DNA from: Selaginella moellendorffii | Taxonomy: Eukaryota > Plantae > Lycopodiophyta | NCBI RefSeq assembly: GCF_000143415.4 | Contig: NW_003314442.1 | Span: 66,752-130,751, forward strand | Direction of reading: 5' to 3' | DNA: 64,000 nucleotides | Notes under the pieces: generated by a model | What the model saw: the letters and a program-made list of their open reading frames with translations, nothing else | Database searches by the model: none | What the model was told of the DNA's origin: nothing | Shown: positions 1-11,502 of the stretch, one piece after another | Layout: the number at the start of each line of letters is the position of its first letter | How positions within the stretch are numbered: position 1 is the first letter of the stretch | Made by a program: the position numbers and the translations under genes

Positions 1-98
1 TTCCCTTTGCATTTTCCTTCCCTTTTTGCGCTTTAGGTCTTCTCCTTGCTTCTAGACCTAGGGAGAGTTGAGAGAAGCGAGCGGCGCCGACGACGACG

Positions 99-585
99 AT
101 GATGATGATGAGGCGAGCTGCGCAGCGCTTGACGGGAGGGGGCGTCTTGATCCGCCGGACCTATGCCGACACGCGAGGCGTGCTTAGCGAGGAGGAGAAG
201 GCGGCGGAAAACATGTATATAAAGGTTTGCTTGCTTTGTTTCTGGCCAAAAAGTCCTCATGTCGCTTTGATCATGTATGATCAGAGAATGGAGAGGGAAA
301 AGCTCGAAAAAGCCCGCATGAAGGTGAGTGCTGCTGCGTGCTGCTGCATTGACATTCAATCAATCCTCACTCCTCACTGGTGGGCAGGCAAGCGAGGAGG
401 AGGCCTCGTCTGCGGCATCCTCGGCATCCACAGAAGAACGAGTGCCAAAGGCAGACCCGGACCTGCCCACCAAGAGCATAGCGATGGGAGCTGGCCTTGT
501 TGCTGTGGCTTGTGCAGTTTACTTCATGTTTTCGTCGCCCCCTAGTGGCAAGAAGACTGCGGAATCCAAGGTCGAAGAGTCTTAG
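99..585 (+). CDS. Small mitochondrial At2g27730-like protein (plant complex I P2 / IF1-like N-terminus), 3 exons
   Basis: Spliced product MRRAAQRL..GVLSEEEKAAENMYIK|RMEREKLEKARMK|ASEEE..IAMGAGLVAVACAVYFMFS: Arg-rich presequence, VLSEEERAAENxxIK motif, C-terminal TM helix. The exact start among tandem ATGs is uncertain. Confidence 0.7.
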
Positions 586-711
586 TAAGTCCGCACCGGA
601 CGGAAAGCGAGACAATCACGAAAGACGCCCTGGCTTGGCTTTTTCATCTTTCACTGTTAAATAACAAAGTAAGGGCCCTCTAGGGCTTAGTGGCATTTGG
701 TCTTTTTGGCG

Positions 712-3700
712 ATGGAGGAGGACGAGGAGCTGTTGCAGCGGCTGGGCGTGACGGCTGCACGAGCTGAGGACGTCGAGCGCCATGTCATTGCTGCGCAGCA
801 CCACCAGGTGTGATCCTTCTTCCGCTACCTACGGCCTTTCGAGACTGTTTGCTTTGCTAGGTTGATGGCGGCGGCGGGGGCGAGCACCCGGAGGCTATTG
901 CCAAGCAATTGACTGTCTTGCAGAAGGAGATTGACGCTGTGGAGAATGGTCTGGAGCGTTATGAAGAGGACGGTGGTGAGCTCCACACCACTCTCGCGCA
1001 CGACCGTCTCCACTCTCTCAACTCCAAGAAGAAAAAGCTGCGAGCCCGATTGAAGTCTCTGGATGGAGCGTCACCTTCCACACAAGAACAACGCTCTTGC
1101 CTCCTGGAAGACAACGACCTCGACGCAGCTCTGGACGCAGCCTCTGGGCTTGTTGAGACTGTGGGTAACTAAGCTCAAGTTTTTCTTTCCATCACCGACG
1201 GGGGACGCTTGCCTTTCCAGGAGCGCGACAGGCTCATCCGCACCGGGGCACTGACGCCGTTTGACAGGATCAAAGGCTTCGAGCGCCGAGTACAGACGCT
1301 AAGTGATCGACAGTCGCTGGAGCGGGACCGATTGGCCGAGACCAGCCTCTCTAATGCCGTCGCGTCGCTGGCCGCAATATCTCGCTCTCGAGCAACAACC
1401 AAGCTGCTCGATCCGGCCCAGCTCCCAACGCTCGAGGCGCCGACGCGTGAGTTTCGAAGGCCTCCAAAGTCACTTGACGTTGGGAGGAGGAAGAAGCGCA
1501 AGCGGCCGCTGCCTGAGTCCAAGTGGAGGCGGAAAAAGCCTCACAAGCTACCAGAGCAGGCAGCAGATGACAACGACGGTATGCCATCGTTATCTCATCT
1601 TATTAACTCGTTCGTGGCTTACTTAGATGGCGACGACAACGACGTTAATGATGAGGAATGCGACGACGACGTGATCCTGGAAGGAGGGCTCAGGATTCCG
1701 TTAGATATCTACGACAGGCTCTTCGATTATCAGAAAACTGGAGTCAAGTGGCTGTGGGAACTGCACTCTCTAAAAACAGGGGGGATCATAGGTGATGAGA
1801 TGGGACTAGGCAAAACGGTACAGGTCATTGCATTTCTGGCTGCCTTACACCACAGTCGGATGTACTCGCCCAGCATTGTCGTCTGTCCCGTGACACTAAC
1901 TTTCCAGTGGAAGCGGGAGGTTGAAAAGTGGTATCCCAAGTTCGACGTGCAAGTTGTGCACGAGTCGGCTGCTCCGAAAGGGAAGAAGAAGGAGGCGGAG
2001 GATTCCGATGCAAGCGGAGATGACAGTGGCGACGCGAGGCGTGATGCAAGACTAGCTCGTTGGGACGGGGTTGTAGAAAAAACTGTCCGGTCGCCTTCTG
2101 GTCTCATTGTGACGACTTATGAGCAGCTCCGGTTGCTGAAAGATACACTGCTGGACATAGACTGGGGATATGCGGTACTGGACGAAGGGCACAGGATAAG
2201 GAATCCAGACGCTGAAACAACTCTCATCTGCAAGCAGCTACAGACTGTTCACCGCATTATCATGACCGGTGCTCCTATACAAAACAAGCTTACAGAGCTG
2301 TGGTCTCTCTTCGACTTCGTTTTCCCTGGAAAGCTGGGAGTCCTTCCAGTGTTCCAGGCCCAGTTTGCTCTACCTATATCCATCGGTGGCTATGCAAATG
2401 CGACATCGTTGCAGGTCTCCACTGCCTACAAGTGTGCCGTCACCCTTCGGGATCTGATCATGCCTTACATTCTCCGCCGCATGAAGTCCGATGTTGAAGC
2501 CAAGCTCACCAAGAAGACGGAGCACGTTCTTTTCTGTAGCCTGACTGAGACGCAGCGCGCCTGCTACCGTGCCTTCTTAGCAAGCTCAGACGTGGAACGC
2601 ATTTTCGAGGGGAGCAAGAACGCACTCTACGGCATTGACATACTGCGGAAGATCTGCAACCATCCTGATCTTCTGGAGAGGGAGGCCAGCGAGAAGCATG
2701 CCGACTACGGCCTACCAGATCGAAGTGGGAAGCTGATGGTGGTCAGTCAGGTCCTCAACTCGTGGAAGGATCAGGGGCACAGAGTACTTGTTTTCTGCCA
2801 GACGCAACAGATGCTGGATATCGTTGAGATCTTTGTAGAGTCACAGGGGTATACATACAGGAGAATGGATGGCTCCACATCTGTGAAGCAGCGGCCGGCT
2901 CTAATCGACGAATTCAACGAGTCTTCACATGTTTTCGTCTTCCTATTAACTACCAAAGTCGGGGGCCTGGGAACCAATCTTACTGGTGCGAACAGAGTTA
3001 TTATTTTCGATCCGGACTGGAACCCTTCGACTGACATGCAGGTATGGCTAGTCCTTTCAATAACTTGCTCCGACTTTCTCTTCAATAGGCTAGAGAAAGG
3101 GCTTGGAGAATCGGGCAGACAAAGGACGTTATTGTTTACCGTCTAATTACCAGGGGAACGATTGAAGAGAAGGTGTACCATCGCCAAATATACAAGCAGT
3201 TTTTGACGAACAAAATCCTCCGGGATCCCCAACAACGGCGTGTATTCAAGTCCAAAGACATGCGAGATTTGTTCGTGCTGCACGAAGATGCGGAGGGAGA
3301 CAAAACGGAGACATCGAACTTGTTTCCAGAGTTAAAGCTTCCCGCTGCGGCTGAAAGCGACGCCAAAGAAGCGGCACATGGTGGCGAGGAAGGTGACCAA
3401 ATCACAAGAGACGAGCAAGATGGTGCGGATGAGTCCAGGCTTCTGCAGAGCTTGATGCAGGCCAACGGAATACACGTAAGTTCATTTTCCAAGTCTCCAG
3501 GTTTAACGTGTGTGTGCTTTAGTCTGCGATGGACCACGATGCAATCCTGGCTGTCAACGATCCCGAACGGGTGAAGGTGGACTTTGAAGCGAGCAGGGTG
3601 GCCGAACGAGCTGCCGAAGCTCTCCAGCAGTCTCGGCTAATACGAATGCGAGACGACGTGGCTGTTCCCACGTGGACAGGGAACTCAGGCGCTGCTGGGG

Positions 3701-4059
3701 CTCCAGGTGGTGGACGGAGGAGGTTTGGAGCTGCCGTGAATTCTCGCTTGATGTCTCCTGCGCCACCCCCGGGGACGCCAGGTGCATCTAGCAGCAGGGC
3801 CCTCAGCTCGGTCGAGCTCCTGGCTCAGATGAGGCAACGCCAAGCAGGTGCGGTCGAAAGCAAACGAGAGGCACTACGTAGCGAGCTTGAGAGGTTTCTG
3901 AGGAGCCACGGCGGGAGTGCACTGTCGACGACAGTCGTTCAGCACTTCAAGCTGAAGCTGTCACAAGCGGAGCTACCGCTTTTCAGGCAGCTGCTGAATG
4001 AGATAGCGGCCTTGAACAAGGATGGTGGGGAGTCCAGGTGGATTCTGAAACACGACTAG
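712..4059 (+). CDS. CHR8: CSB/ERCC6/Rad26-type SNF2 ATPase (transcription-coupled repair), multi-exon
   Basis: N-terminus [22 protein letters not shown]; [11 protein letters not shown] motif; [39 protein letters not shown]; C-terminal VPTWTG and winged-helix-like domain ([14 protein letters not shown]). Confidence 0.93.
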
Positions 4060-4096
4060 ATATCATGGACGGGACATTTTTTCCACATTCTTTCTC

Positions 4097-5592
4097 TCAG
4101 TAGCCGTAAGGATGCAGGAGAGGATCTCTGTTGATATCTTTGTACAAAAAGTATCGGGACCTCGTCCGTCCGAGCGCTCCATACCTGTTTTGTTTAACAG
4201 CCAGACTTGGATATAAACACGGTGCATAGGCAAAGTTTTACCATTGTGGGACAAATGGAGCCATCCAGATGGCATCGCCTGCTTGCACGGGATACCTGCA
4301 GTATAGACAGATGGAGAGAATGGAGATGATGCAGGAACTGTTTTACCACTGATTGCTGAGCCGGTAGATCCCCCGACCTTCGAGCAGGAACAAGCCGTGT
4401 TGAAAATAGTGAACCTCCTGGGTGTCATCGCCACGGTAAGCGTAGCAACATAGGGAATCCAAAACTTGCCTTGACGTTCAAGTACTCTCCAGGCTGGAAA
4501 TCCATAATCTGTGACCAGCAGGTCAACGTTCTTGCGTTGTTAGACGCGACATGAAAGTTTGACACTTACATGGACGTTGAAGTCGTAGATTGCGTCCGAG
4601 GGTAGCAACTTTCGCAGATCAAAAACCTGGAAACTCAGAAAAGTTACAGTGTGTTAAGCTTGCAAGGTGTAGCTGCTTACCTCCCCGGGAGTTTCAAGAA
4701 GAGGACGATCATCGACATTTCCAACGAGGAATTGGGGACGCTGGTTGTCGAGGGCTTGTGATGCAAAATACCTGCAAACCACGACGACATGTTGTTCGGT
4801 CATTCAAGGAAGAAGGGAGACCCGCCTGCGTTCCAAGACGAGAAAGGTTACAGGCGCAGTTGAGTAGAGGGTGTGGTTAAAATGTGGTGGGAGATACGCA
4901 TACGAGTTCACCTGCGCACAAATCACCATACACAGTGGAAATGAAGTACTACTAGCGACGGGAAAATACCGAGAGCTCGTTCTCGTCATCCATCACATTG
5001 TGCGTGGTCAAGAGAACGCTGCCCGCGAGGACAAAGACAAGCCTGCGGTTTGATGTTTAGACGTCTCTCCCTAAATGTTACTCTTGCGTACCTCTCAACA
5101 CCCGGTAAGGGAGGGGCCGAAGATGAGGAAGCTGAGGCCGAGACACACGTTATCAGCTGTGAGGCATGAACATGATTCATGAATTTACCTTCCATGCGTG
5201 CAATGTACATGGTGAAATGCGAGCCAATCGCTGGCGTGACCAGGTAAGCTGCTTGAGCATTGGTCCTAGAAACGTGATGGAAACAGTGATGAGATGGGAG
5301 AGAGAGGAGAGAGGAGGCAATTGCAGACCATCCGGGAAGAGCACTGAAAACTTGGCTCTCGGGTGTGATAAGCGCATGGTCCCGTTGGTACACGCTCCGG
5401 GTGAATCCTGGCAAGTCCGCTGGGAGGGAAGGGCCTCGTCTCAAAGCCATATAATAAAACACACTAAAAACCTGGAGACTGGAAGGAGCTGATGTCGTCT
5501 CGAATGTGGGCTTGACACGTCCCTGCACTGCCAAATACTAGTCGTAGCTGCACAAGCAGCAGCGGCACCAGCAGCGGCGGAACAAGAGACAT
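4097..5592 (-). CDS. UGLYAH: (S)-ureidoglycine aminohydrolase (purine catabolism, cupin), multi-exon
   Basis: LPGFTRSVYQRDHALITPESQVFSALPGW..YLVTPAIGSHFTMY; C-terminal RYFLYKDINRDPL; hydrophobic signal-peptide-like N-terminus MSLVPPLLVPLLLV. Confidence 0.88.
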
Positions 5593-5646
5593 ATCTTTCC
5601 TTGTTCTTGGTTACCAGATATTTTGGCAGCGCAGCAAACCTAAACA

Positions 5647-6372
5647 ATGGAGTCGGACATTGAGCAAGTCCTGTGGACGGCGGCGGACATCGAGCAGCGG
5701 GTCAAGGAGCTGGCGGCCGCAATCTCCCGCGACCTGGCCAGCCACACCCCTCTGCTTCTTCTCGGGGTAGGGAAGCAGCCAACTTTGTAGAGAATGACTG
5801 TCGTCGTGTGCAGGTGGCCACCGGAGCTTTCATGCTTGTGGCCGACCTGGCTCGCCATCTCAAGCTGCCCGTCCTCGTCGACTTCATCCGGGTGCAGTCT
5901 TACGGCAACAACACGCAGTCGAGCGGCGTGGCCACCGTCTCGTCGTGCGACGCCAAGATCAACGTTAAAGGCAAGCACATCCTCCTGGTAAGCCGGCTCT
6001 TGCATAGCTAAAGCTATAACCATTCTCATACGCAAAGGTGGAGGACATCATCGACACGGGGGTCACCTTGTCAGCGCTGGTGGACCATCTGCTGGAGCGG
6101 GGAGCTGCCTCCATCTCTGTGTGTGCGCTGCTGGACAAGGTATGCCGGCGGAGGGTCGGCCTCACTCTCCCCAGCAACGGCAGGCTTTATGCTGGCTTCC
6201 AGGTGTGTTTTGCGACCAAAATCCAGTCTAAATAAACTGTGTAAAACCGCTGTGCCAGTGCCCGGACAGGTTCGTGGTGGGCTACGGCATGGATTTCGCG
6301 GAGCACTACCGAAACCTCCCATACGTGGGAGTACTCAAACCTCAAGTCTACCAGAGTTGCAAGTCCGATTGA
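5647..6372 (+). CDS. HPT: Hypoxanthine-guanine phosphoribosyltransferase, 4 exons
   Basis: [31 protein letters not shown] motif [40 protein letters not shown]. Confidence 0.93.
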
Positions 6373-6542
6373 CTGTGCATTGTGGTGAATCGCAATATTG
6401 AATCAGATTATCATAGGTAATTATGCACAAACGAACTGCCTCCGCCACTCTGCGTCTCGTCTGGATGGATCCCAGCAAATAAACATAAATACACCACCAC
6501 CTCCCTGTTATTCCTATACTCCATGTCCCCTGCGGCACGGCC

Positions 6543-7805
6543 TCACGAGGAGACGTAGGGCGGAGGAGCAGCCCGGGCTGCCATGCCAGCAACCTGTGCT
6601 TGCATCTGTGCCGTCCTCACTTTGGCTGAAGTAGCTCGGTAGAAGAACTGATCGCGCGCCAGCATCCGGACGTGCCTGAGGTACACCTCCGCCGTGATCA
6701 CCCCCTCCTGCACTGCCTTGTCCAAAGAATAGAGCACGTCCTCGATCGCCAGGTCCTCGGCGCTCGCCTCCAACATCTGCCTCGACAGCACGTCGCAAGG
6801 CTCGAACGCCTCGTCTATGTTCATGTCGCCCGACGCGTTGGGGCCGTCGTTGGACTGCAGCCACGTCTCCAGCACGTCCGTGTTGGTAAGCAGCAGCTGC
6901 AGTTGCTGCTCTAGGCCCTCCTTCTCGTGCTGGAGCTCCTGTAAGTGCTTGCCTAGCTGCTCGGCTCTCTTGTTCAGAGACGCTTGCACGCTAAAAAGCT
7001 CGTCCATCTCTACCTCGAACGAGCTCCGCAAGCTTACCACATCCTGTTGCACCCGTGCCACCAAAGTGTTGACAGCGTTCCTCTTAAACACGGACGCCGG
7101 GTCCTCTGTACGAGTCGATGGCTGCTGCTGCTGCTGCTGCTGCTGATAGTAGGGAGGAGGATACGGGATGGGCGCCGCCGACGTAGGTGGTGGAGAGTTG
7201 CTGCTGTAGATTGGATTCATTCCATGGAACGACTGCTGTGGTTGCTGCTGGGGTTGCGTTTGTTGCTGGAGTTGCTGCTGCTGCTGCTGCTGCTGTGGAG
7301 ACGGGACGGGTGTGGACGGCCTCGAGTAGAGCGGAGGGTCGTGACCAAAGTGCAAGCTGAGATTTTGGACAAGCTCCACCAGATTGGAACGCGGGAACAC
7401 CCACTGCTGCAAGTAAGGCACCGAGACCATCCCCGAGGCGTCCACCAGGCGATGGCGAGGTTTGATGATCATGTCCCGTGTGGGACTCACGTAGACGAGC
7501 GGCGGCTTGCGGGGATACGGCTCCGTGAGCCAGATCGTAACGGGGATGTTGTACTTGACGTCCTGGTAGTACATGGGAATGGTGCCATCCGCCTGGAGGA
7601 GATTGGCTTGGCGGCCATCGTTGTGCGTGAAGCCGGCTGTGCGGGCCTGGAGCCCCGGGAAGTGCTGGATCACGTTCACCAGGTGCTGCCGGATGGACCA
7701 TTTCACTTCCTCCTCGTACGGCAGCGCGTTGGGGCGCGACAGTACCGAATTCAGGAACTGGACGCACGCGTGCGACGACGTCTGCCCCGGCGATATCGAC
7801 GGCAT
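6543..7805 (-). CDS. ELC: ESCRT-I subunit VPS23/TSG101 (ELC-like), intronless, with poly-Gln linker
   Basis: UEV domain (GTIPMYYQDVKYNIPVTIWLTEPYP..PPLVYVSPT..HRLVDASG), coiled coil, steadiness box (AIEDVLYSLDKAV..YLRHVRMLARDQFF). Confidence 0.95.
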   Translation of the reverse strand: MPSISPGQTSSHACVQFLNSVLSRPNALPYEEEVKWSIRQHLVNVIQHFPGLQARTAGFTHNDGRQANLLQADGTIPMYYQDVKYNIPVTIWLTEPYPRKPPLVYVSPTRDMIIKPRHRLVDASGMVSVPYLQQWVFPRSNLVELVQNLSLHFGHDPPLYSRPSTPVPSPQQQQQQQQLQQQTQPQQQPQQSFHGMNPIYSSNSPPPTSAAPIPYPPPYYQQQQQQQQPSTRTEDPASVFKRNAVNTLVARVQQDVVSLRSSFEVEMDELFSVQASLNKRAEQLGKHLQELQHEKEGLEQQLQLLLTNTDVLETWLQSNDGPNASGDMNIDEAFEPCDVLSRQMLEASAEDLAIEDVLYSLDKAVQEGVITAEVYLRHVRMLARDQFFYRATSAKVRTAQMQAQVAGMAARAAPPPYVSS

Positions 7806-7896
7806 CGCCCCTCCTCCCTCCTCTCCCTCCACGATTGAGCTTACCCGCGAGCCGGCGCTTGTTCCACTCCCCTACCTAGCCTAGGGCGGCCAACAC

Positions 7897-7905
7897 AAAC
7901 CCTAA
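7897..7905. promoter_or_regulatory. Telo-box (AAACCCTAA) upstream of VPS23/ELC
   Basis: Exact motif in the short gap 5' of the ELC ATG; function untested. Confidence 0.3.
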
Positions 7906-7922
7906 ACTCTTGCTCGCTCCTT

Positions 7923-9701
7923 TTACTCGTGAGGAGCAGCAATGGCGGACAGGAGAATGTGCGGCGCCACGCTGTGGGGCTCCAGCGCCGCAACCTTCTT
8001 GGCAGCTTCGTGGGCGCGCCTCAGCTGCTGGCGGCTGGGGTGGATGTGGCAAGCGCCCAGCAGAGCTGTCCACGACACGGCGTCGGCGGCGCAGGGCATG
8101 AGCGTGATGAGCCCCTCCGCCTCATGCACCAGCCCCAGTCGCCCCAGGATGCCTGCCATCGCACTGTAGTGCTCCTTGCCCGGCTGCAATCCGTAGTCGC
8201 TCGCCATGGACGCAAAGTAGCGGCAACCGGTGTGGAGCAGCCCAAAGTGGTTGCACACAACTAGGAGGCACAGATAGCTCACCTCGTCGGGCGCCGTGCC
8301 CTCCCAGGCCATGCTTGTCACCACTTCCGTGCCTCGCTCGCACTCGTCGTCACCGCCCAGGTGCGCATACGCCGCCAGCATGGTGTTCCACGACAACAAG
8401 TCACGGGCGGGCATGACGTCGAACAAGGCCCGCGCTGCCCACAGATGCCCGTTTCGGGCATACACACTCAAGAGCGCATTCCAGGTGGCGACGTTGCGAT
8501 GTGGCGCCTGGGAAAAGAGGCGATGCGCTCCATGGACGTCCTCGCTCTGCCCGTAAGCCACCACCATTGCGTTCCATGACACCAGGCTGCAATAGGGCAG
8601 CTTGTCAAACAGCACCTTGGCCTCCTCCAGATGCCCTCTCTGGGCATACGCCACGAACATTGTCGTGTGCAGTACCAAGTCCTGCCTCCCGCCCAAGCAG
8701 TCAAACAGCTGCCTGGCGTCGCCCAGCCTCCCGGCCTGAGAATAGCAAGAAAGCATCGAGTTTACGGTGACCACGTTCCACTCCGGAATGGCATCAAACA
8801 CACCGGCGGCCTCGTCCAGAATGGCAGCAGCAGCAGCAGTGCCACCCCCAGCCGCGCCATGCTGCGCGAGACCACTCATATAAGTGTTCCAAGAGATTAG
8901 GTTGTGCTGTGGCATATAGTGCACCAGAGTGGTCTTGGCGGCGTCCAAGTCCCCCGTCACAATGCGGGCACGCAGAAGGCTGTTCCACGCTACCACATCC
9001 CTGCCCGGCATTTGCTGGAAGAGCGCGGCAGCACGCTCCCCGTTCCCCGCCTCGTTGAACGCACTCATCATGCTGCACCAGCTTTGCAGGTTGTGCTCCG
9101 GCATGGCATTGAACACGCGCTCTGCTTTCTCACCATGCCCTGATGCGGCATATGCAAATAAAAGCGCGTTCCACGACACCAAGCTGTACTGTGGCATTCC
9201 ATCAAACATGAGGTGAGCTGCCTCGACGTTGCCATTGCTGCCATACAAGGCCAGCATCGCCGTCCAGCTTACGATATTGGGCTGTGGCATAGCGTCGAAG
9301 GTAGCCTTAGCAGCCTCGAGGTGCCCTTTGTCGGCATATCCTTGGAGGAGCAGCGTCCAGGCCACCACGTTTGGCCGCGGCATTGCGTCCAGTACTTGTT
9401 TGGCCGCCTCCACATTCCCGCTTTGGATGTAGGCGCCAAGGAGGAGCGTCCACGAGTGGTCGTTGGGGTGGCGGACGGTAGCAAACACTCGCCTGGCGTC
9501 ACCACTGCTGCCACAGCGGCCAAACATATGAATGACAAGATTGCACAGGTAGACATCGGTGTGTCTAGCAGCCGCGACAATGCGCGCGTGCACCGCCCTT
9601 CCCTCCTCAACGTTGCTGCATCTGGATATCGCCGCAGCCCACTCATGCTGCAGCGCATGGTGCGTTGTGGGAGCTAGTGGGAGCCAGGAGACGGCATCCA
9701 T
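7923..9701 (-). CDS. PLS/SS-class pentatricopeptide repeat protein with E domain, no DYW
   Basis: Repeated short motifs (FDAMPQPNIVSWTAML..), E region (HYSAMAGILGRLG..SWTALLGACHIH); likely start MDAVSW. Confidence 0.88.
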   Translation of the reverse strand: MDAVSWLPLAPTTHHALQHEWAAAISRCSNVEEGRAVHARIVAAARHTDVYLCNLVIHMFGRCGSSGDARRVFATVRHPNDHSWTLLLGAYIQSGNVEAAKQVLDAMPRPNVVAWTLLLQGYADKGHLEAAKATFDAMPQPNIVSWTAMLALYGSNGNVEAAHLMFDGMPQYSLVSWNALLFAYAASGHGEKAERVFNAMPEHNLQSWCSMMSAFNEAGNGERAAALFQQMPGRDVVAWNSLLRARIVTGDLDAAKTTLVHYMPQHNLISWNTYMSGLAQHGAAGGGTAAAAAILDEAAGVFDAIPEWNVVTVNSMLSCYSQAGRLGDARQLFDCLGGRQDLVLHTTMFVAYAQRGHLEEAKVLFDKLPYCSLVSWNAMVVAYGQSEDVHGAHRLFSQAPHRNVATWNALLSVYARNGHLWAARALFDVMPARDLLSWNTMLAAYAHLGGDDECERGTEVVTSMAWEGTAPDEVSYLCLLVVCNHFGLLHTGCRYFASMASDYGLQPGKEHYSAMAGILGRLGLVHEAEGLITLMPCAADAVSWTALLGACHIHPSRQQLRRAHEAAKKVAALEPHSVAPHILLSAIAAPHE

Positions 9702-9787
9702 CCTGGATGGGGTTTCGCTGGTGGCAGGGGCATCAGAGTAGGAGCAGGTGAAATTGCTGCAATGGTCCAGGCACATAGTACGTACAT

Positions 9788-10116
9788 CTATTTGCGCTCC
9801 TTGGCCTCCTCCTGGGCCTTGGCTGATAGTACCTCCCACAGGCCGGTCAAAAACTCCACCATCTCCGCCAGCGGCACGGGTCGCGAGAAATGGCGTGGCT
9901 CCTCGGCTTGCAAGATGTGGCAAGTCTCGTTCCAGCTGCCATCAACAGACTAGGTGAGGCCAATCAAACAAAGTGGAGAAGAACCAGAGCCAACTTGATG
10001 GTTCGACTCCCCCTTTTGCGGTTGCGTGACGGCTTGGGGCATGCCCTCCGCCTCCATTCCCGTCTCTGCTCCTTCCACAGCTCCACTCCAAAGCGATGGC
10101 ATGCCATGACAGCCAT
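9788..10116 (-). CDS. Minimal DUF4050 (Gag1-like clamp) protein, 2 exons; not shown as such in the ORF track
   Basis: GVELWKEQRREW..RTI|NWNETCHILQAEEPRHFSRPVPLAEMVEFLTGLWE matches the GLxLWxxxRxxW..F.xPIPLxEMVxFLxxxWE signature. Confidence 0.7.
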
Positions 10117-10157
10117 GGTCTTGCCTGTCAAGCCCTAAAAAAAAGAGTTTGGTGGTG

Positions 10158-11141
10158 ATGGCGGCAGCGGTGGTGCGCATCCGCAGCCGCGACGGGCTGG
10201 AGAGAGTGAGTGTTCACCCCAAGGCGACGGTGCTGGAGCTGCAGATGGCTATCGAGCGGGAGCTCCAGGTCCCGGTGAGCGCCCAGTATGTGTCGAGAAA
10301 TCAGTCCCTGCTCATGGCCAAGGATCCCAGTGGCGCTGCGCTCATGGCGGCGGACATGAGGGATCCCTCGGCTGCGCTGTCGTCGCTAGGTATCGGGCAC
10401 GGATCCGTTGTGTTTCTGTTTTACAGCGGGAAGCGGGAGGTGGCCGGCCCAAAGGTGACGCCGTCGGGGGCGTTTGGCAAGAAGATGACCATGGACGACC
10501 TCATCGCCAGGCAGACGAGGGTGGAGCGGCAGCAGCATGCCCACTGCAACTCGCTCAGCTTCGACAGGGCGGCGGCCAACGCGTTCCAACACTACGTGCA
10601 CGAGACGCTGGCCTTCGGCGTCAAGCGGGGTGGCTTCATGTATGGCAGCGTCACGGAGCAAGGGGATGCCCTGGTCCACTTCATCTACGAGCCTCCGCAG
10701 CAGGGCAGCGAGGACGGCCTTCTCCTGCTGCGAGACCCCGACGAGGAGAGGCGGGCCGACGGCATCGCTGCGGGCCTGGGCATGAGGCGCCTGGGTTTCA
10801 TCTTCACGCACACCATCAGTCAGGGCAAGGCCGACTACACGCTGAGCAACGCCGAGATCCGCCAGGCTGCCCAGCTGCACGCCGAGAGCAACTTTGACGC
10901 CTGGACCACGGCGCTGGTCAAGCTCGAGGCCAATGGCGACGTCCAGTTTGAGTCCTTCCAGCTCAGCGACCAGTGCATCAAGCTGTGGAAGGAGGGCTGG
11001 TTTGTCCAGGACGCCGAGGATGTGAATCCCAAGCTGTCGAGGATGAACAAGGAGGTGGTGATCCTGGGCAAGGATACCAGGGACGTTGACAACGTCCTCT
11101 TCCTTGTGCCCGTCAAGATCCTCGACCACCAGGTGAGACGG

Positions 11142-11183
<42 letters not shown>

Positions 11184-11483
11184 CTGACCCCTGAAGCGCT
11201 ATCGATCTGTCTGTGCATGCAGGGTCCCCTGTCGTGCAATTTCCCCATCGAGAACAGGCTGACGCTCCCCAGCTTTGAATCGCTGCGGAGCCACCTCGAC
11301 AGCAACAAGAGCCGGCCGTACGTGCAAAGGATCTCCGATTTCCATCTGCTCCTGTTCCTCTCCAAGTCCCTGGACATCGACACCGACATCCCTCGGCTGA
11401 CTGAGGCAATCTCCACGCAGGGCTCGGTACCCGATGGCTACCAGCTTCTCATCGACTCGCTGGCTAGCAATCACTCCTACTGA
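10158..11483 (+). CDS. NPL4: NPL4-like protein (CDC48/p97 cofactor); intron 11133-11222
   Basis: RIRSRDGLERV, FGKKMTMDDLIARQTRVERQ, KRGGFMYG, FIYEPPQQG, GFIFTH, FPIENR, RISDFHLLLFL. Confidence 0.92.
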
Positions 11484-11502
11484 TGGGACGAAGACACTAT
11501 TT

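Noticed and set aside
5647-6372. Bacterial contamination or recent HGT for HPT/UGLYAH
   Set aside because: Both have spliceosomal introns and are ordinary plant gene families
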